Below, one piece after another: positions 11,215-22,511 of a DNA stretch of 32,000 nucleotides. The number at the start of each line of letters is the position of its first letter. Within the stretch, counting starts at the first letter, position 1. Below the pieces are notes generated by a model, which was given only the letters and a program-made list of their open reading frames with translations, was not told the origin of the DNA and searched no databases. Source of the DNA: Opitutales bacterium (GTDB lineage: Bacteria; Verrucomicrobiota; Verrucomicrobiia; Opitutales; Coraliomargaritaceae); the NCBI GenBank assembly GCA_049606355.1, contig JBMYVL010000008.1:1-32000 (forward strand), given 5' to 3'. A program made the position numbers and the translations under genes.

Positions 11215-12154
11215 GGCTGCGTAGGCGCTCGGCGGCAATCCCATAGCGCAAATTATACAGGGAGTGGGTTAACTCTGTGTGGCCGGTCAAATGCATGACC
11301 TGCTCAATGGTTATCAGTGCGGTCGGGAAGATGTCAGCTCTGGCGGCAGGTAGGTGTGGTGTTGCCATGCGCTCATGCAAGGGCAGCGCCATTAATTCGG
11401 ACTTCAGTTGTGCGATTTGTTCGAGGCTGAGCTGCGGCGAAAATGTATCCAGCGTGGTGCCTGCGCGCGCGGCAAGAATGGCACGCGTCACAGTAAACGC
11501 ACCACCGGTGGCGATCAGCGGTCCGGATTGTTGCAGGCGGGCCAGGCCTTTCTCTGCGATACAGGTAGCGACGTGGTCTTGAATGAGACGCTCAGTGGAC
11601 GCTGGTATCGGCGCGTTGCGGTCGGCGATGAAGCGTTCGCTCAAGCGTACTGCTCCCAACTGAAGCGAAGTCGCTGCAGTGAGTTGGCCGAGCTCGAAGC
11701 GAATGAATTCGAGACTGCCGCCGCCGAGATCCATTTGCAGAAATGGATCACCTTCCTTGATATTCGGATCACAGGCCAATCCGTGCCCGATACTGCGTGC
11801 CTCTTCAGGGCCGCTGAGGATTCGCATGTGGATCCCCGTCGCAGCTTCGACTGCGTCGCGAAACTCCAAGCCGTTGAGTGCATCGCGCACGGCACTGGTC
11901 GCCACAATGTGGATCTCACACGGTCGGTAGCCTTGGGCGAGGCGGAAAAGTTCTTCGATCGATTGGAGCCCTGCTGCCATCGCAGCGCGACTGAGGCTGG
12001 GGAGTGCGCGGCTGATGCCATCGCTGATACGGGTTTCAAGCGTCTCGGCAAAGATGGTTTCGATCCGGCCGGGCGATGTACCGACAGTCGCGATCAAGAG
12101 CTTAATCGAGTTACTGCCGACATCAATAACGGCAATTTGGGGGCGAATTGACAT
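11189..12154 (-). CDS. Ppx/GppA-family exopolyphosphatase / pppGpp phosphohydrolase
   Basis: 321 aa from ATG (cat at 12152-12154): [22 protein letters not shown]...DLGGGSLE..., an ASKHA fold. The 3' end overlaps the convergent rluD-family gene by 26 nt. The ORF-track start at 12451 is rejected. Confidence 0.85.
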   Translation of the reverse strand: MSIRPQIAVIDVGSNSIKLLIATVGTSPGRIETIFAETLETRISDGISRALPSLSRAAMAAGLQSIEELFRLAQGYRPCEIHIVATSAVRDALNGLEFRDAVEAATGIHMRILSGPEEARSIGHGLACDPNIKEGDPFLQMDLGGGSLEFIRFELGQLTAATSLQLGAVRLSERFIADRNAPIPASTERLIQDHVATCIAEKGLARLQQSGPLIATGGAFTVTRAILAARAGTTLDTFSPQLSLEQIAQLKSELMALPLHERMATPHLPAARADIFPTALITIEQVMHLTGHTELTHSLYNLRYGIAAERLRSLTGASVAP

Positions 12155-12208
12155 GGCGGTAGGATTTCGTATCCGCTTTGCAGTTGCAATGCGGATGTGA
12201 GCAGATGA

Positions 12209-13264
<1,056 letters not shown>

Positions 13265-13303
13265 GAGGAGTCGACTGGTGCGTGTGGTTAATAGAGTGAT
13301 CGG

Positions 13304-14917
13304 ATGAACGCACCAAGCATGCACGGTCAAGCAGAGGGCAGGTTTCTGAATCCTGAGCAACTGGACGAGCATTTAGCGCATGCCGCCTTTCGGGCGCTCA
13401 GTCAGCATCCGGGTCGAATTCTAGTCGTCGACTGTGGCTTGCAGCGTCGCGTGATGTCGCGGGGCTTTGTGCTGGTCCTATCCTGGTTGTTGTCCAAACA
13501 GATCGCGCAGTGGACCGATAAGCCTCGTGTGGCTGTCGTTCTACCGCCGAGCCTGGGTGCTACCATCGCTAATTTAGCGATTACCTTTGCCGGTAAAGTG
13601 CCGGTGAATCTGAACTTCACGCTAGGATCGAAAGCAGCTGCAGCCTGTTTACGTAAAGCGGATGTGGATTGTTTCTTGAGTGCTGCTGCCGTGCGTGCAC
13701 GCATGCCTGATTTTGTCTGGCCGGAGCAAGGAGTCCTGGATCTCGTTGAGGCAGTGCGCGGCTTGTCTAAAGTTAAAGCAGTGTTGCTCTCACTGGCCTT
13801 GCGGCTTCTGCCGGCGGACTCCTTGGCTAAGTGGCTGAAAGTACCGACCAGTGGTGGCGAGCGTGAAGCCGCGCTGCTGTTTACCAGTGGGAGTTCCGGA
13901 ATGCCCAAGGCAGTTGCGCTCAGTCACCGCAACGTATTGGGTAATTGTGCGCAGATCCGTGCCAGTGGTTTGTTGCCTGCAGGCGAGAGGGTCATTGCCA
14001 ACCTTCCGCTCTTTCATAGCTTCGGCTTTACGGTCACCCTGTGGTATTTACTTTTGGGAGAATGTCGGCTGATCACTCTACCAACGCCACTCGATGTTAA
14101 AAAAACGGTAGCGACGATTGAGGCCGAGGCTGCGTCCGTGTTAATTGGCACCCCAACGTTCTTAAAACCATATCTGCAGCGGGCCGAAGCAAAGCAGTTG
14201 GCATCACTTCGTTTAGTGGTGGCTGGAGCAGAGCCGACCCCGCCAAATTTTGCACGGCAGTGGGAAGATCGCTTTGGGTGCATTTATCTTGAGGGCTATG
14301 GCATTACCGAGGCATCTCCAGTAGTGAGCGTAAATTCGCCGCAGGCATCACGGGCGGGATCAGTCGGTCGACTGTTACCCGGTATTCAGGCGCGTATTCT
14401 AAATCCGGATACGCATGCCGTGCAGTCGATCGAGTTGGTCGGCCTGCTCGCCCTGAAGGGCCCTAATATTTTCAGGGGGTATTTAGAGGACCCTCAAAAA
14501 ACCGCAGAAGTACTTCAGGATGGTTGGCTTCTAACCGGTGACCTCGCGCGCTTCGATGCCGACGGGTTTCTCTATATTGAAGGCCGATTGGCACGGTTTT
14601 CCAAGATTGCCGGAGAAATGGTGCCCCACGGCACGGTTGAGCATGCCTTGAATGTCGCCTTTGATCTCCTCACATCAGAAGTGCCGCAGTTGGCCGTTGC
14701 CGGTCGCCCGGATCCGGAAAAGGGTGAGGTTCTGGTACTCCTCAGCACCTTCGACTTAAGCCTTCAAGAGCTGCGGCAAAAACTCAGCGCGGCAGGCATC
14801 GCCAATTTGTGGATCCCGAAAGCGATTCGGCGTGTGAAGGCCATCCCCACGCTAGCTACGGGGAAACTGGATCTGAAGACGATCCAGCAAATCGCCAGAG
14901 ATACGGACCACAGCTGA
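13304..14917 (+). CDS. AMP-dependent acyl-activating enzyme, Aas-type (acyl-ACP synthetase-like), stand-alone
   Basis: 537 aa. The AMP-binding motif is [72 protein letters not shown] and a C-terminal GKLD resemble the synthetase half of Aas. No PlsC acyltransferase domain is present. Confidence 0.8.
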   Translation: MNAPSMHGQAEGRFLNPEQLDEHLAHAAFRALSQHPGRILVVDCGLQRRVMSRGFVLVLSWLLSKQIAQWTDKPRVAVVLPPSLGATIANLAITFAGKVPVNLNFTLGSKAAAACLRKADVDCFLSAAAVRARMPDFVWPEQGVLDLVEAVRGLSKVKAVLLSLALRLLPADSLAKWLKVPTSGGEREAALLFTSGSSGMPKAVALSHRNVLGNCAQIRASGLLPAGERVIANLPLFHSFGFTVTLWYLLLGECRLITLPTPLDVKKTVATIEAEAASVLIGTPTFLKPYLQRAEAKQLASLRLVVAGAEPTPPNFARQWEDRFGCIYLEGYGITEASPVVSVNSPQASRAGSVGRLLPGIQARILNPDTHAVQSIELVGLLALKGPNIFRGYLEDPQKTAEVLQDGWLLTGDLARFDADGFLYIEGRLARFSKIAGEMVPHGTVEHALNVAFDLLTSEVPQLAVAGRPDPEKGEVLVLLSTFDLSLQELRQKLSAAGIANLWIPKAIRRVKAIPTLATGKLDLKTIQQIARDTDHS

Positions 14918-14948
14918 CGATTCAGCGCGTAGTTTGCCTGCGGTTACT

Positions 14949-15896
14949 TTACTGATCGCAGCCACCTTCATCTTTGATCGGGCCCATAAAGAGCCACCAA
15001 ATAAAGATGAGGCAGGACCAATAAGTGATACCGCCGACAACCTCGTGCATGAGGTCGTAATGCGCCATCATCTGCGGTGCCAACAGCACGATGACTGTAA
15101 TCCGCAGGATATTGAAAGAGAATCCGATCAGAGCTCCAGTCGCAATATTGATGATCGAATCGAAGACGTTGCGCCGCCGGTAAATAACCAGCATGACCGC
15201 AAGCAAGATACTGGTGAAGATGACGCCAAATCCATTGCACTCCGACGCAACATGAAAGGGGTGTTGATTGACGATGAGCATCAACATCGGTACTCCGCTG
15301 GGATCTGCATGGAGGCCGAGTTCAACCGTTTGACCCAAGCTGCTGAGAAGAGCGCCACTCCATTGGCCCGCCATGCTGCGTAAAGTCCAGTCCAGCGGTT
15401 GCAGCAAAGTGCTCAGGATAAGGAAGGTACAAAAAGTACCGGCTACGGTGTAGTTGATGCGACGTATCCGCTCGCCAAATACGAAGAAAGAAAGCGAGGC
15501 GATTCCCAAGCAATAGGCAGGAATGTTAATCAGGGAGATGATATGGACGAGCAAGGGTGCGGAATCTCTGCCGTAATCACTCAAGGTGTAGTGACGTCCG
15601 ATAAAGCTGAGCAGTAGCAACCCGTAGGTAGCGACTAAGGTGCGAAGTGCCTGACGGTTGAGCACAAACGCTTCGATAATTTGCACGCGACCGAAGCGGA
15701 TCAGAAATATAGTGGCGAGCGTGATGACCGATAGTGCATGAAAGAGGCGACTCTGTTCATGTGCGGATTGCGCAAACCAGCGCGTGATAGGCCAGCACAC
15801 TAAAGCCAACAACAGGTAGAGTAGGCAGGCATACCAAAAGTCGCGGGTATGAGCGCGCTCTATGAGTTGCAGTTTGAGTTGTTGGCGGATCGGCAT
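14949..15896 (-). CDS. Exosortase/archaeosortase-family integral membrane protein
   Basis: 315 aa from ATG (cat at 15894-15896), 28 nt after the dnaE stop. It is polytopic and hydrophobic. Family-like motifs, matched from memory, are FHVASECNGFG (Cys motif, cf. CSG), FSFNILRITV (N-x-x-R) and a late AHYDLMHEVVGG. Subfamily not assignable by eye. The ORF-track start at 16043 overlaps dnaE and is rejected. Confidence 0.7.
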   Translation of the reverse strand: MPIRQQLKLQLIERAHTRDFWYACLLYLLLALVCWPITRWFAQSAHEQSRLFHALSVITLATIFLIRFGRVQIIEAFVLNRQALRTLVATYGLLLLSFIGRHYTLSDYGRDSAPLLVHIISLINIPAYCLGIASLSFFVFGERIRRINYTVAGTFCTFLILSTLLQPLDWTLRSMAGQWSGALLSSLGQTVELGLHADPSGVPMLMLIVNQHPFHVASECNGFGVIFTSILLAVMLVIYRRRNVFDSIINIATGALIGFSFNILRITVIVLLAPQMMAHYDLMHEVVGGITYWSCLIFIWWLFMGPIKDEGGCDQ

Positions 15897-15924
15897 GGTT
15901 GGAGTCTTGTGTGTTTCCGAGACC

Positions 15925-18900
15925 TTAGCGTGCTTGGAGCTTTTGCCAGGGGCGTCGATCGTCAATCGGCTTAACCGGTACAGCTTCGACGCGAATACCC
16001 GCAAGCGCGCGGTGCTGCCGAAGCGATTTATAGTTGGAGCCATTGATGGCGAGCTTCAGTGCGGTCGAACAGTCGGTCTCGACGATTTGTTGATCCACTA
16101 GGAAGCTGACCGCAACTTCTGAATTGTGGCAATGGGTGTGATCTCCAGCGCGGCTACTATTGTATTCGTCATCAATGACGCTGCGTAGGGTCTGCAGGAA
16201 TTCGGCTGCATACGCATTCGGGTGCAGGATGAAATTGATGCGCTGAATAATGCGCGGTATCGAGCTTTCGAGGTCGTAACTATCGTGGACGGTGAGGCTG
16301 AGCTCGCCATCGCGACGATTGGTCGTGCCATGAATCAGGGCAAGTTTCCCCTCTTCGAGGCGCGAGCCATTTTTCGCATAGGCTTCGGGAAACATGATCA
16401 ACTCATAGCTTTGGTTACGAGTCGCCAAATTAAAGACCGCCATTTGCCGACTGTCTTTACGGGTATATTTAATCTGTAAGCTATTAATGATACCGCACAG
16501 ACGATAGGTTTGCCGGTCGTCAAATTTTCGGTTGGCGTCGTCGATGTCGGTAAAGCTGTCAATCGCGAGATCGAGACCGGCGTAGGCATCCATGGGGTGG
16601 CCGGAGATGTAGAAGCCGAGTAGCTCTTTTTCATATTGGAGCTTTTCAGTCATCGACATGGTTTCGACATTCCTAGGTGCCGGAGTCGACCGATCTTCTT
16701 CTACGATGCCCGATTCCGAGCCAAGTAGGTCAAACAGGGAGCCTTGGCCTGCTTCGATATCTTTGCGGCGCTCGGCAGACTCGGCTAGTTCGGCATCCAG
16801 ATTGTGCAATAGGTGTGCGCGGTCATGACCGAGTGAATCAAACGCACCGGTCTTAATGAGTGCTTCCATGACGCGCTTATTCACTGCCTTATCCGAGCAG
16901 CGCAGCATAAAGTCGCGGAAGTCTTGATAAGGTCCGGAGGCTTCGCGCTCAGCGAGAATCAATGCCGCCGCACCCTCGCCGACGCCTTTAATCGCGGCCA
17001 TCCCAAAGCGGATGCTACCGATGTCTCCGTCGATGACCGGTGTGAAGGTCGCTCCGGACGCATTCACATCCGGGCCGAGCACCGGAACGTTCATGGCATT
17101 ACACTCTTCGAGGAAGGTGGCGATTTTATCGGCATTGCCCTGCTCTGAGGTGAGCACCGCCGCCATGAATTCGACCGGGTAGTTCGCTTTTAGATACGCG
17201 GTGCGATAGCTGAGCATCGCATACGCAGCTGAATGAGATTTATTGAAGCCATACTCTGCAAATTTCTCCAGCAAGGCGAAGATGGATGCCGCCGTTTTGG
17301 CATCAATGGCATTCGTCTTTTGTGCGCCATCGATAAAGACCTGTTTTTGCGCATCCATGACTTCTTTAATCTTCTTACCCATGGCCCGCCGTAAAATATC
17401 CGCGCCACCCAGTGTGTAGCCCGCGATAATTTGCGCGGCTTGCATCACCTGTTCCTGATACACCAGCACCCCATAGGTTTCCTCGACGAGGTCTTTAAGC
17501 AGCGGGTGAGGTATTTGAATCGTGCTGGGATCTTTTTTGCCTTCGATGAATTGGGGAATGAACTGCATGGGCCCCGGTCGATAGAGCGCGATCAGGGCAA
17601 TAATTTCTTCAAAGGAGCTCAGGCCGATCTGCCGGCAGAGTTGTTGCATTCCGCCGGACTCAAGTTGGAAGACGGCGACGGTATGGCCACTGTTGAGTAG
17701 GTCAAAAGTCGCCTGATCATCGAGGGAGACTTTCTCAATATCAAAGTCGGCGAGGTTTCGAGTCTGGCGTACATTCGTTTGGGCGTCGTCGATGACCGTC
17801 AGGGTTTTTAAGCCGAGGAAATCCATCTTCAGTAGGCCGAGGTCTTCGGACGGTCCTTTCGGATACTGAGTGGTCAAGTCGCCTTCCTGTAGGGTGACCG
17901 GGACGAGATTGGTTATATCCTGGTCGGCAATGATCACTCCACAGGCATGCTTGCCCGTATTGCGGACCATGCCCTCGATCACGCGCCCTTGTTTGATGAT
18001 CGATTGCGCGATTGAATTATGTTGTAGCTCTTGCTGCAATTCCGGTGATTTCTTAACCGAATCATCGAGGGAGATGTTCAGTTCATCCGGTATCATCTTC
18101 GCCAGTTTGTTGGCTTCTGAAAATTCGACATCGTTCACGCGGGCAAGGTCGCGCACCACCATTTTAGCGCCGAAGGTGCCAAAAGTGATGATGTTGGCGA
18201 CACGTTCTTTGCCGTATTTTTCGCGGACATAGTTGACGACCTGATCGCGGCGGCGCATGCAAAAATCGACGTCGAAATCGGGTGGAGAAACCCGCTCCAG
18301 ATTAAGCATCCGCTCAAACAGTAATCCGAAACTCAGCGGATCGATATCGGTAATCTTCAGGACATAAGCCACCAAGCAACCGGCACCCGATCCACGCCCC
18401 GGCCCAACCGGAATTCGTTGCAGTCGTGCCCAGTTGATAAAGTCCCAAACAATCAAGAAGTAATCAACGAACCCGGTACCCGCGATGATCGCGATCTCAT
18501 AGTCGAGTTGTTCGCAGTAGCGTTTATCGGCGGCCGAGGCTTTTTCCCAATCGGAACGGCAGGCATCATAATCGGTTCCGTAGCGGTCCTTTAAACCGGT
18601 TTTGCAGAGTTCAAAGAGGTAGAGTCCATTCGCCTTTAGTTTTTCCCGTTCCGCTGTGCTTAGTGTGATGCTGTTTTCACCGTCGCGTGTGAGCACCGCA
18701 TTTTTAGCTTCGACATAGAGGTCGAGAATACGCTCGAAATTGTCCGTATCATTGCCCGCTTCGACTTCGATCGGGCGCTCATAAACCGGATAGTGATCGA
18801 CCCCAAAGGGTAGGTCGACCTCGCACATCTCGGCAACCGCAGAGGTGTTGGTGATTGACTCTGGCACCTCCTTGAAGGCCAGTTCCATTTCGGCGCGTGA

Positions 18901-19656
18901 CTTGAGGTAGAACTGTTGCGCATCGTAGCGCATGCGCTTCACGTCGTTGACTTTGGCGCCGGTCTGGATGCAGAGCAGGGCATCGTGCGGCTCCCAGTCT
19001 GAATTTTCGACGTAGTGTACATCGTTGGTGGCGACGACCTTCAGGTCGAACTCGGTCGCGATTTTGAGCAGATCGGGAATGATGCGTCGTTGCTCCTCGA
19101 TCCCGTGATCCATGAGCTCGATGATAAAAAACTCCTTGCCGAAAATATCGACGAACTTGGCAGCTGCAGCCCGCGCTTTATCAAATTCTCCTTCGAGCAG
19201 GTACTGTGGGATGACCGCTGCCAGGCAACCGGAAAACCCAATAAGGCCTTCACTGTGGGCCGCCAGGGTTGCTAAGTCAGTGCGTGGATTTTTATAGAAG
19301 CCCTGAGTGTGCGCCTTGGAGACAATTTTACATAGGTTCTGGTATCCGGTAAAATTGCGTGCGAGCAGGCCCATGTGTCGTGACTTTTGTTTCGCCCGCT
19401 GTTCATTCGTGTCCGCCAGTACTTCCTCGTAGACGAGGTAGATCTCGCAGCCCAAGAGTGGCTTAATCTGATGTTTTTGTGCCTGTTTGAAAAAACTGGT
19501 CAGGCCGTAGAGTGCCCCGTGGTCAGTGATGGAGAGGGCCTTCATGCCGAGTTCCGCAGCACGCTCGCAGAGGCGGTCGACTCGAGCACATCCATCCAGC
19601 AGACTGTGGTCCGTATGGACGTGCAGGTGGACGAATTCGCGATCTTTTTCAGGCAT
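15925..19656 (-). CDS. dnaE: DNA polymerase III alpha subunit
   Basis: The PHP domain starts [16 protein letters not shown], and the polymerase core and OB-fold regions are recognisable throughout. I prefer the start at 19656 ([14 protein letters not shown]) for its family-typical N-terminus. The ATG at 19707 is an in-frame alternative. Confidence 0.95.
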   Translation of the reverse strand: MPEKDREFVHLHVHTDHSLLDGCARVDRLCERAAELGMKALSITDHGALYGLTSFFKQAQKHQIKPLLGCEIYLVYEEVLADTNEQRAKQKSRHMGLLARNFTGYQNLCKIVSKAHTQGFYKNPRTDLATLAAHSEGLIGFSGCLAAVIPQYLLEGEFDKARAAAAKFVDIFGKEFFIIELMDHGIEEQRRIIPDLLKIATEFDLKVVATNDVHYVENSDWEPHDALLCIQTGAKVNDVKRMRYDAQQFYLKSRAEMELAFKEVPESITNTSAVAEMCEVDLPFGVDHYPVYERPIEVEAGNDTDNFERILDLYVEAKNAVLTRDGENSITLSTAEREKLKANGLYLFELCKTGLKDRYGTDYDACRSDWEKASAADKRYCEQLDYEIAIIAGTGFVDYFLIVWDFINWARLQRIPVGPGRGSGAGCLVAYVLKITDIDPLSFGLLFERMLNLERVSPPDFDVDFCMRRRDQVVNYVREKYGKERVANIITFGTFGAKMVVRDLARVNDVEFSEANKLAKMIPDELNISLDDSVKKSPELQQELQHNSIAQSIIKQGRVIEGMVRNTGKHACGVIIADQDITNLVPVTLQEGDLTTQYPKGPSEDLGLLKMDFLGLKTLTVIDDAQTNVRQTRNLADFDIEKVSLDDQATFDLLNSGHTVAVFQLESGGMQQLCRQIGLSSFEEIIALIALYRPGPMQFIPQFIEGKKDPSTIQIPHPLLKDLVEETYGVLVYQEQVMQAAQIIAGYTLGGADILRRAMGKKIKEVMDAQKQVFIDGAQKTNAIDAKTAASIFALLEKFAEYGFNKSHSAAYAMLSYRTAYLKANYPVEFMAAVLTSEQGNADKIATFLEECNAMNVPVLGPDVNASGATFTPVIDGDIGSIRFGMAAIKGVGEGAAALILAEREASGPYQDFRDFMLRCSDKAVNKRVMEALIKTGAFDSLGHDRAHLLHNLDAELAESAERRKDIEAGQGSLFDLLGSESGIVEEDRSTPAPRNVETMSMTEKLQYEKELLGFYISGHPMDAYAGLDLAIDSFTDIDDANRKFDDRQTYRLCGIINSLQIKYTRKDSRQMAVFNLATRNQSYELIMFPEAYAKNGSRLEEGKLALIHGTTNRRDGELSLTVHDSYDLESSIPRIIQRINFILHPNAYAAEFLQTLRSVIDDEYNSSRAGDHTHCHNSEVAVSFLVDQQIVETDCSTALKLAINGSNYKSLRQHRALAGIRVEAVPVKPIDDRRPWQKLQAR

Positions 19657-19718
19657 CAGGCGGTTAGAATTGAGCGGCCTGCCTGCAGATGCAAGGACAA
19701 GGTCCATTCAGGCAAAAA

Positions 19719-20429
19719 TCAACGCCGTTGCTGCCATTCGCAGCTTTCATAGCGGGTGCGCTCTTGCTGAATGCGTTTGCCATCAAAGAGGGGCCGTAAG
19801 TCATCGCACTGACCAGCGGGAATATCCAATCTAGCAGAGAGGTGGCGACTGAACGCCTGAGCGAAGGCCGCGGAATCAAAGTTATCCGGCAGGGCAGTAC
19901 GATCGACCGAACCTTGGATGAGTAATCCCGAGCGGCTGCGTTTCATGGCGGCACCGGCGATTTTTCGTCCGCTGGGGGTTAAGACGTCGTTCGCCACCGG
20001 TTGGGTGAAGCAATGCGCTGGCTTGGAGGGGGACTGTTGTTGGCAATGGCGCGGGCAGGGCGCGAATTGGCTCGCAATCGATTGCGCTTCGAGTGCTGCA
20101 GCGAGGCTGCTGTGGACGTGTTCGTAGATAACGGGCGCCTGTAGTTGTGCTGCGGCAAGCGAGGCCTGAAGAATCAGTGCATAGGTCCAGTCATTACGGT
20201 GATCGACGATGCCTCCGCCTGTCATCCGCCGGCACAAGCGAAGTTCGTCCGGGAACGAGGCCTGCACGTCTGCCCACGCTTGTGTATAGCCAAAGGTAAT
20301 ACTGGGCTCTATCCAGCCATAATGTCGGAGCAGCGCGGTATTTTTTGGCACGGTTGCCAGCAGGGCAGCATCGATTGCCATATTGGCGGCTGCAGCCCCA
20401 AAGGTATTGGGTAAAACAAGGAGGGCCAT
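19719..20429 (-). CDS. Biotin/lipoate A/B protein ligase-family protein (LplA/LipM-like catalytic domain only)
   Basis: 236 aa. NMAIDAALL, RRMTGGGIVDH and GRKIAGAAMKRSRSGLLIQGS (catalytic Lys region) fit the BPL/LPL catalytic domain. There is no accessory C-terminal domain. Confidence 0.7.
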   Translation of the reverse strand: MALLVLPNTFGAAAANMAIDAALLATVPKNTALLRHYGWIEPSITFGYTQAWADVQASFPDELRLCRRMTGGGIVDHRNDWTYALILQASLAAAQLQAPVIYEHVHSSLAAALEAQSIASQFAPCPRHCQQQSPSKPAHCFTQPVANDVLTPSGRKIAGAAMKRSRSGLLIQGSVDRTALPDNFDSAAFAQAFSRHLSARLDIPAGQCDDLRPLFDGKRIQQERTRYESCEWQQRR

Positions 20430-20434
20430 CTTAA

Positions 20435-21340
20435 CTAAGCTCGCAAGGGCTCCCGGTACGTGAGCGAGTCAAGCTGCTGTTGAAAATTAACCGCCTGAGT
20501 TTTCAGTTTGCTCACAATCGGGTGGAGGTTGAAGGTTAAATTTTGCGGTCGCGCGCTCGTTGAGGGTTGGTCGCTCTGGCGAACGGATTCGATGGCATCC
20601 AGGGGGAGATTAAAATGCGCTAAGATACGTTGCCCCATCTCAAATCGGCTCAGCGTTTCGGTGCCCGCCCAGTGAAAGATCCCATGCAGGTCACGACGCT
20701 CGGAGAGTTCCACCAGCACATCCGCTACATTTTCGGCCGAGCAAGGTTGCCGAATTTCATCGCAAAAGAGTTTCGGGCGTTCGCCGCTACGGATCGCTGC
20801 CAGTAGTTTTTCGTGTACGCTACGCAATCCCTTGGGACTGTTGCCCATTAAAATTGGAATTCGTAGGATTACCGGGTCTTCGCTATTATGCGCGAGAACT
20901 TCGCGCTCAGCCATCAGTTTGGTTTCGCCATAGCGATTCGTGGGGTTCGGCATGTCGGTCGAGCGATAGGGTGCTTCACTGAGACCATCAAAAACCATAT
21001 CTGTAGATACATGTAGCAGTCGGGCACCAAGGTGTGTGGACACTTGTGCGAGATGCTTCGCTAGGGTGACGTTGATCTGTTCAGCGAGCGTCGGATTGGC
21101 ATCCACCTCGGCGGGGTTGGAGAGCGCTGCGCAGTTGACGATGACATCCGGCCAGAGCTCAAGGCACAAGGAAGTGATCTGCATCAAATCGGTACCCGCC
21201 ACTAAGGCGCAGCGTGCGAGGCCGGTTGCGCTTGCTCGTGTGGTATGAGACAGCCCAATCACTTCGTGGCCGCGGCGAATGGCCGCCTCGGCATAGGCAT
21301 TGCCGAGTAGACCGGATGCACCCGTAAGCAGAATTTTCAT
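20435..21340 (-). CDS. SDR-family NAD(P)-dependent reductase, RmlD (dTDP-4-dehydrorhamnose reductase)-like
   Basis: 301 aa from ATG (cat at 21338-21340): MKILLTGASGLLG Rossmann motif, STDMVFDG, and YGETK (YxxxK). The ORF-track start at 21529 is rejected. Confidence 0.75.
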   Translation of the reverse strand: MKILLTGASGLLGNAYAEAAIRRGHEVIGLSHTTRASATGLARCALVAGTDLMQITSLCLELWPDVIVNCAALSNPAEVDANPTLAEQINVTLAKHLAQVSTHLGARLLHVSTDMVFDGLSEAPYRSTDMPNPTNRYGETKLMAEREVLAHNSEDPVILRIPILMGNSPKGLRSVHEKLLAAIRSGERPKLFCDEIRQPCSAENVADVLVELSERRDLHGIFHWAGTETLSRFEMGQRILAHFNLPLDAIESVRQSDQPSTSARPQNLTFNLHPIVSKLKTQAVNFQQQLDSLTYREPLRA

Positions 21341-21401
21341 TAGAGTAAAGGTAGAGTTTTTGTTGCAATCGCTTTTCCGCGACGCAAGTTCAAAGCAACG
21401 A

Positions 21402-22502
21402 ATGGAATACGCTAAACTTGCGAACGCTGGTGTGCTTACACAACCGGTATATGAGCCCGGTAAGCCGATTGAGACTGTAGCACGTGAGTATGGGCTAGAG
21501 CCCCAAGAGGTGGCTAAACTCGCGTCCAATGAAAATCCTTTCGGCCCCTCACCCTTAGCAGTTGCTGCGATGCAGCCCTTGTTGGGACAAGTGCACCTGT
21601 ATCCCGATGGGGCCTGCCATCAATTACGCGCTGCAATCGCGCATGCGCGTGGAGTCGAGATGGAGTCCATCTTGGTGGGCAATGGCTCAAATGAATTAAT
21701 CGAGTTACTGGGGCATGTTTTTCTCCGGCCTGGCACTGAGGTGGTGATGGGGGCGCAGGCGTTTATTGTCTATAAGCTGGTGGCGAAACTTTTTGGGGCG
21801 ACAGCCGTGGAAGTGCCAATGCAAAACTTCGCTCATGATCTACCAGCGATGCGCGCGGCGGTTACGGAACGGACCCGATTGGTATTCGTTGCCAGCCCCA
21901 ATAATCCCACCGGCGCGGCGAATCATGAATCCGAGTTGCTGGAGCTCGCCGAGAGTTTGCCGGAACATGTGATCCTGTGCCTGGATGAAGCCTATGCGGA
22001 GTACCTCGAACGCGCACCGGATTTACGTGCCGCGATCGCAGCTGGACGTAAGCTGCTCTGTCTGCGGACATTTTCTAAGATCTACGGGCTCGGTGGTTTA
22101 CGAGTTGGATATGCCTACGGTGATCCGAGGCTAATCGCTCTCTTACAGCGCGTACGTCAGCCCTTTAACGTGAATAGCCTAGCGCAGGCGGGTGCTACAG
22201 CGGCATTGGCAGATGCAGAATTTGTCGCGATGTGTCGCCAAGAAAATGAGCGTGGCCGTCAGGCTCTGTGCACTGGCTTGGCTTCGCTGGGTTACGCAAC
22301 TTACGGCGGGCAGGCCAATTTTGTCCTCTGCAAGGTGGGTGATGGGAACGCATTTTTTGAGGCGCTGCAGGAACGGGGTATTATTGTACGCCCGCTGGCT
22401 CCCTACGGGATGGACGATTACGTGCGTATAACCATTGGTCGCCCTGAGGAGAATGAGCGCTTGCTAACGGTCGTCAGTCAATTAACTGCGGCATCACCGT
22501 AG
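21402..22502 (+). CDS. hisC: Histidinol-phosphate aminotransferase
   Basis: 366 aa from ATG 21402. LASNENPFGPSP and the PLP-lysine motif TFSKIYGLGGLRVGY are present. It is divergent from the RmlD-like gene across a 61-nt gap. Confidence 0.9.
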   Translation: MEYAKLANAGVLTQPVYEPGKPIETVAREYGLEPQEVAKLASNENPFGPSPLAVAAMQPLLGQVHLYPDGACHQLRAAIAHARGVEMESILVGNGSNELIELLGHVFLRPGTEVVMGAQAFIVYKLVAKLFGATAVEVPMQNFAHDLPAMRAAVTERTRLVFVASPNNPTGAANHESELLELAESLPEHVILCLDEAYAEYLERAPDLRAAIAAGRKLLCLRTFSKIYGLGGLRVGYAYGDPRLIALLQRVRQPFNVNSLAQAGATAALADAEFVAMCRQENERGRQALCTGLASLGYATYGGQANFVLCKVGDGNAFFEALQERGIIVRPLAPYGMDDYVRITIGRPEENERLLTVVSQLTAASP

Positions 22503-22511
22503 ACGATCTTT

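Noticed and set aside
15925-19707. dnaE is rather long (about 1240-1260 aa), so I considered an intein or inserted domain.
   Set aside because: There is no intein block signature, such as a Cys/Ser after a splice junction or a terminal HN. The sequence reads as continuous PHP, polymerase core, HhH and OB regions, and the extra length is a C-terminal extension.
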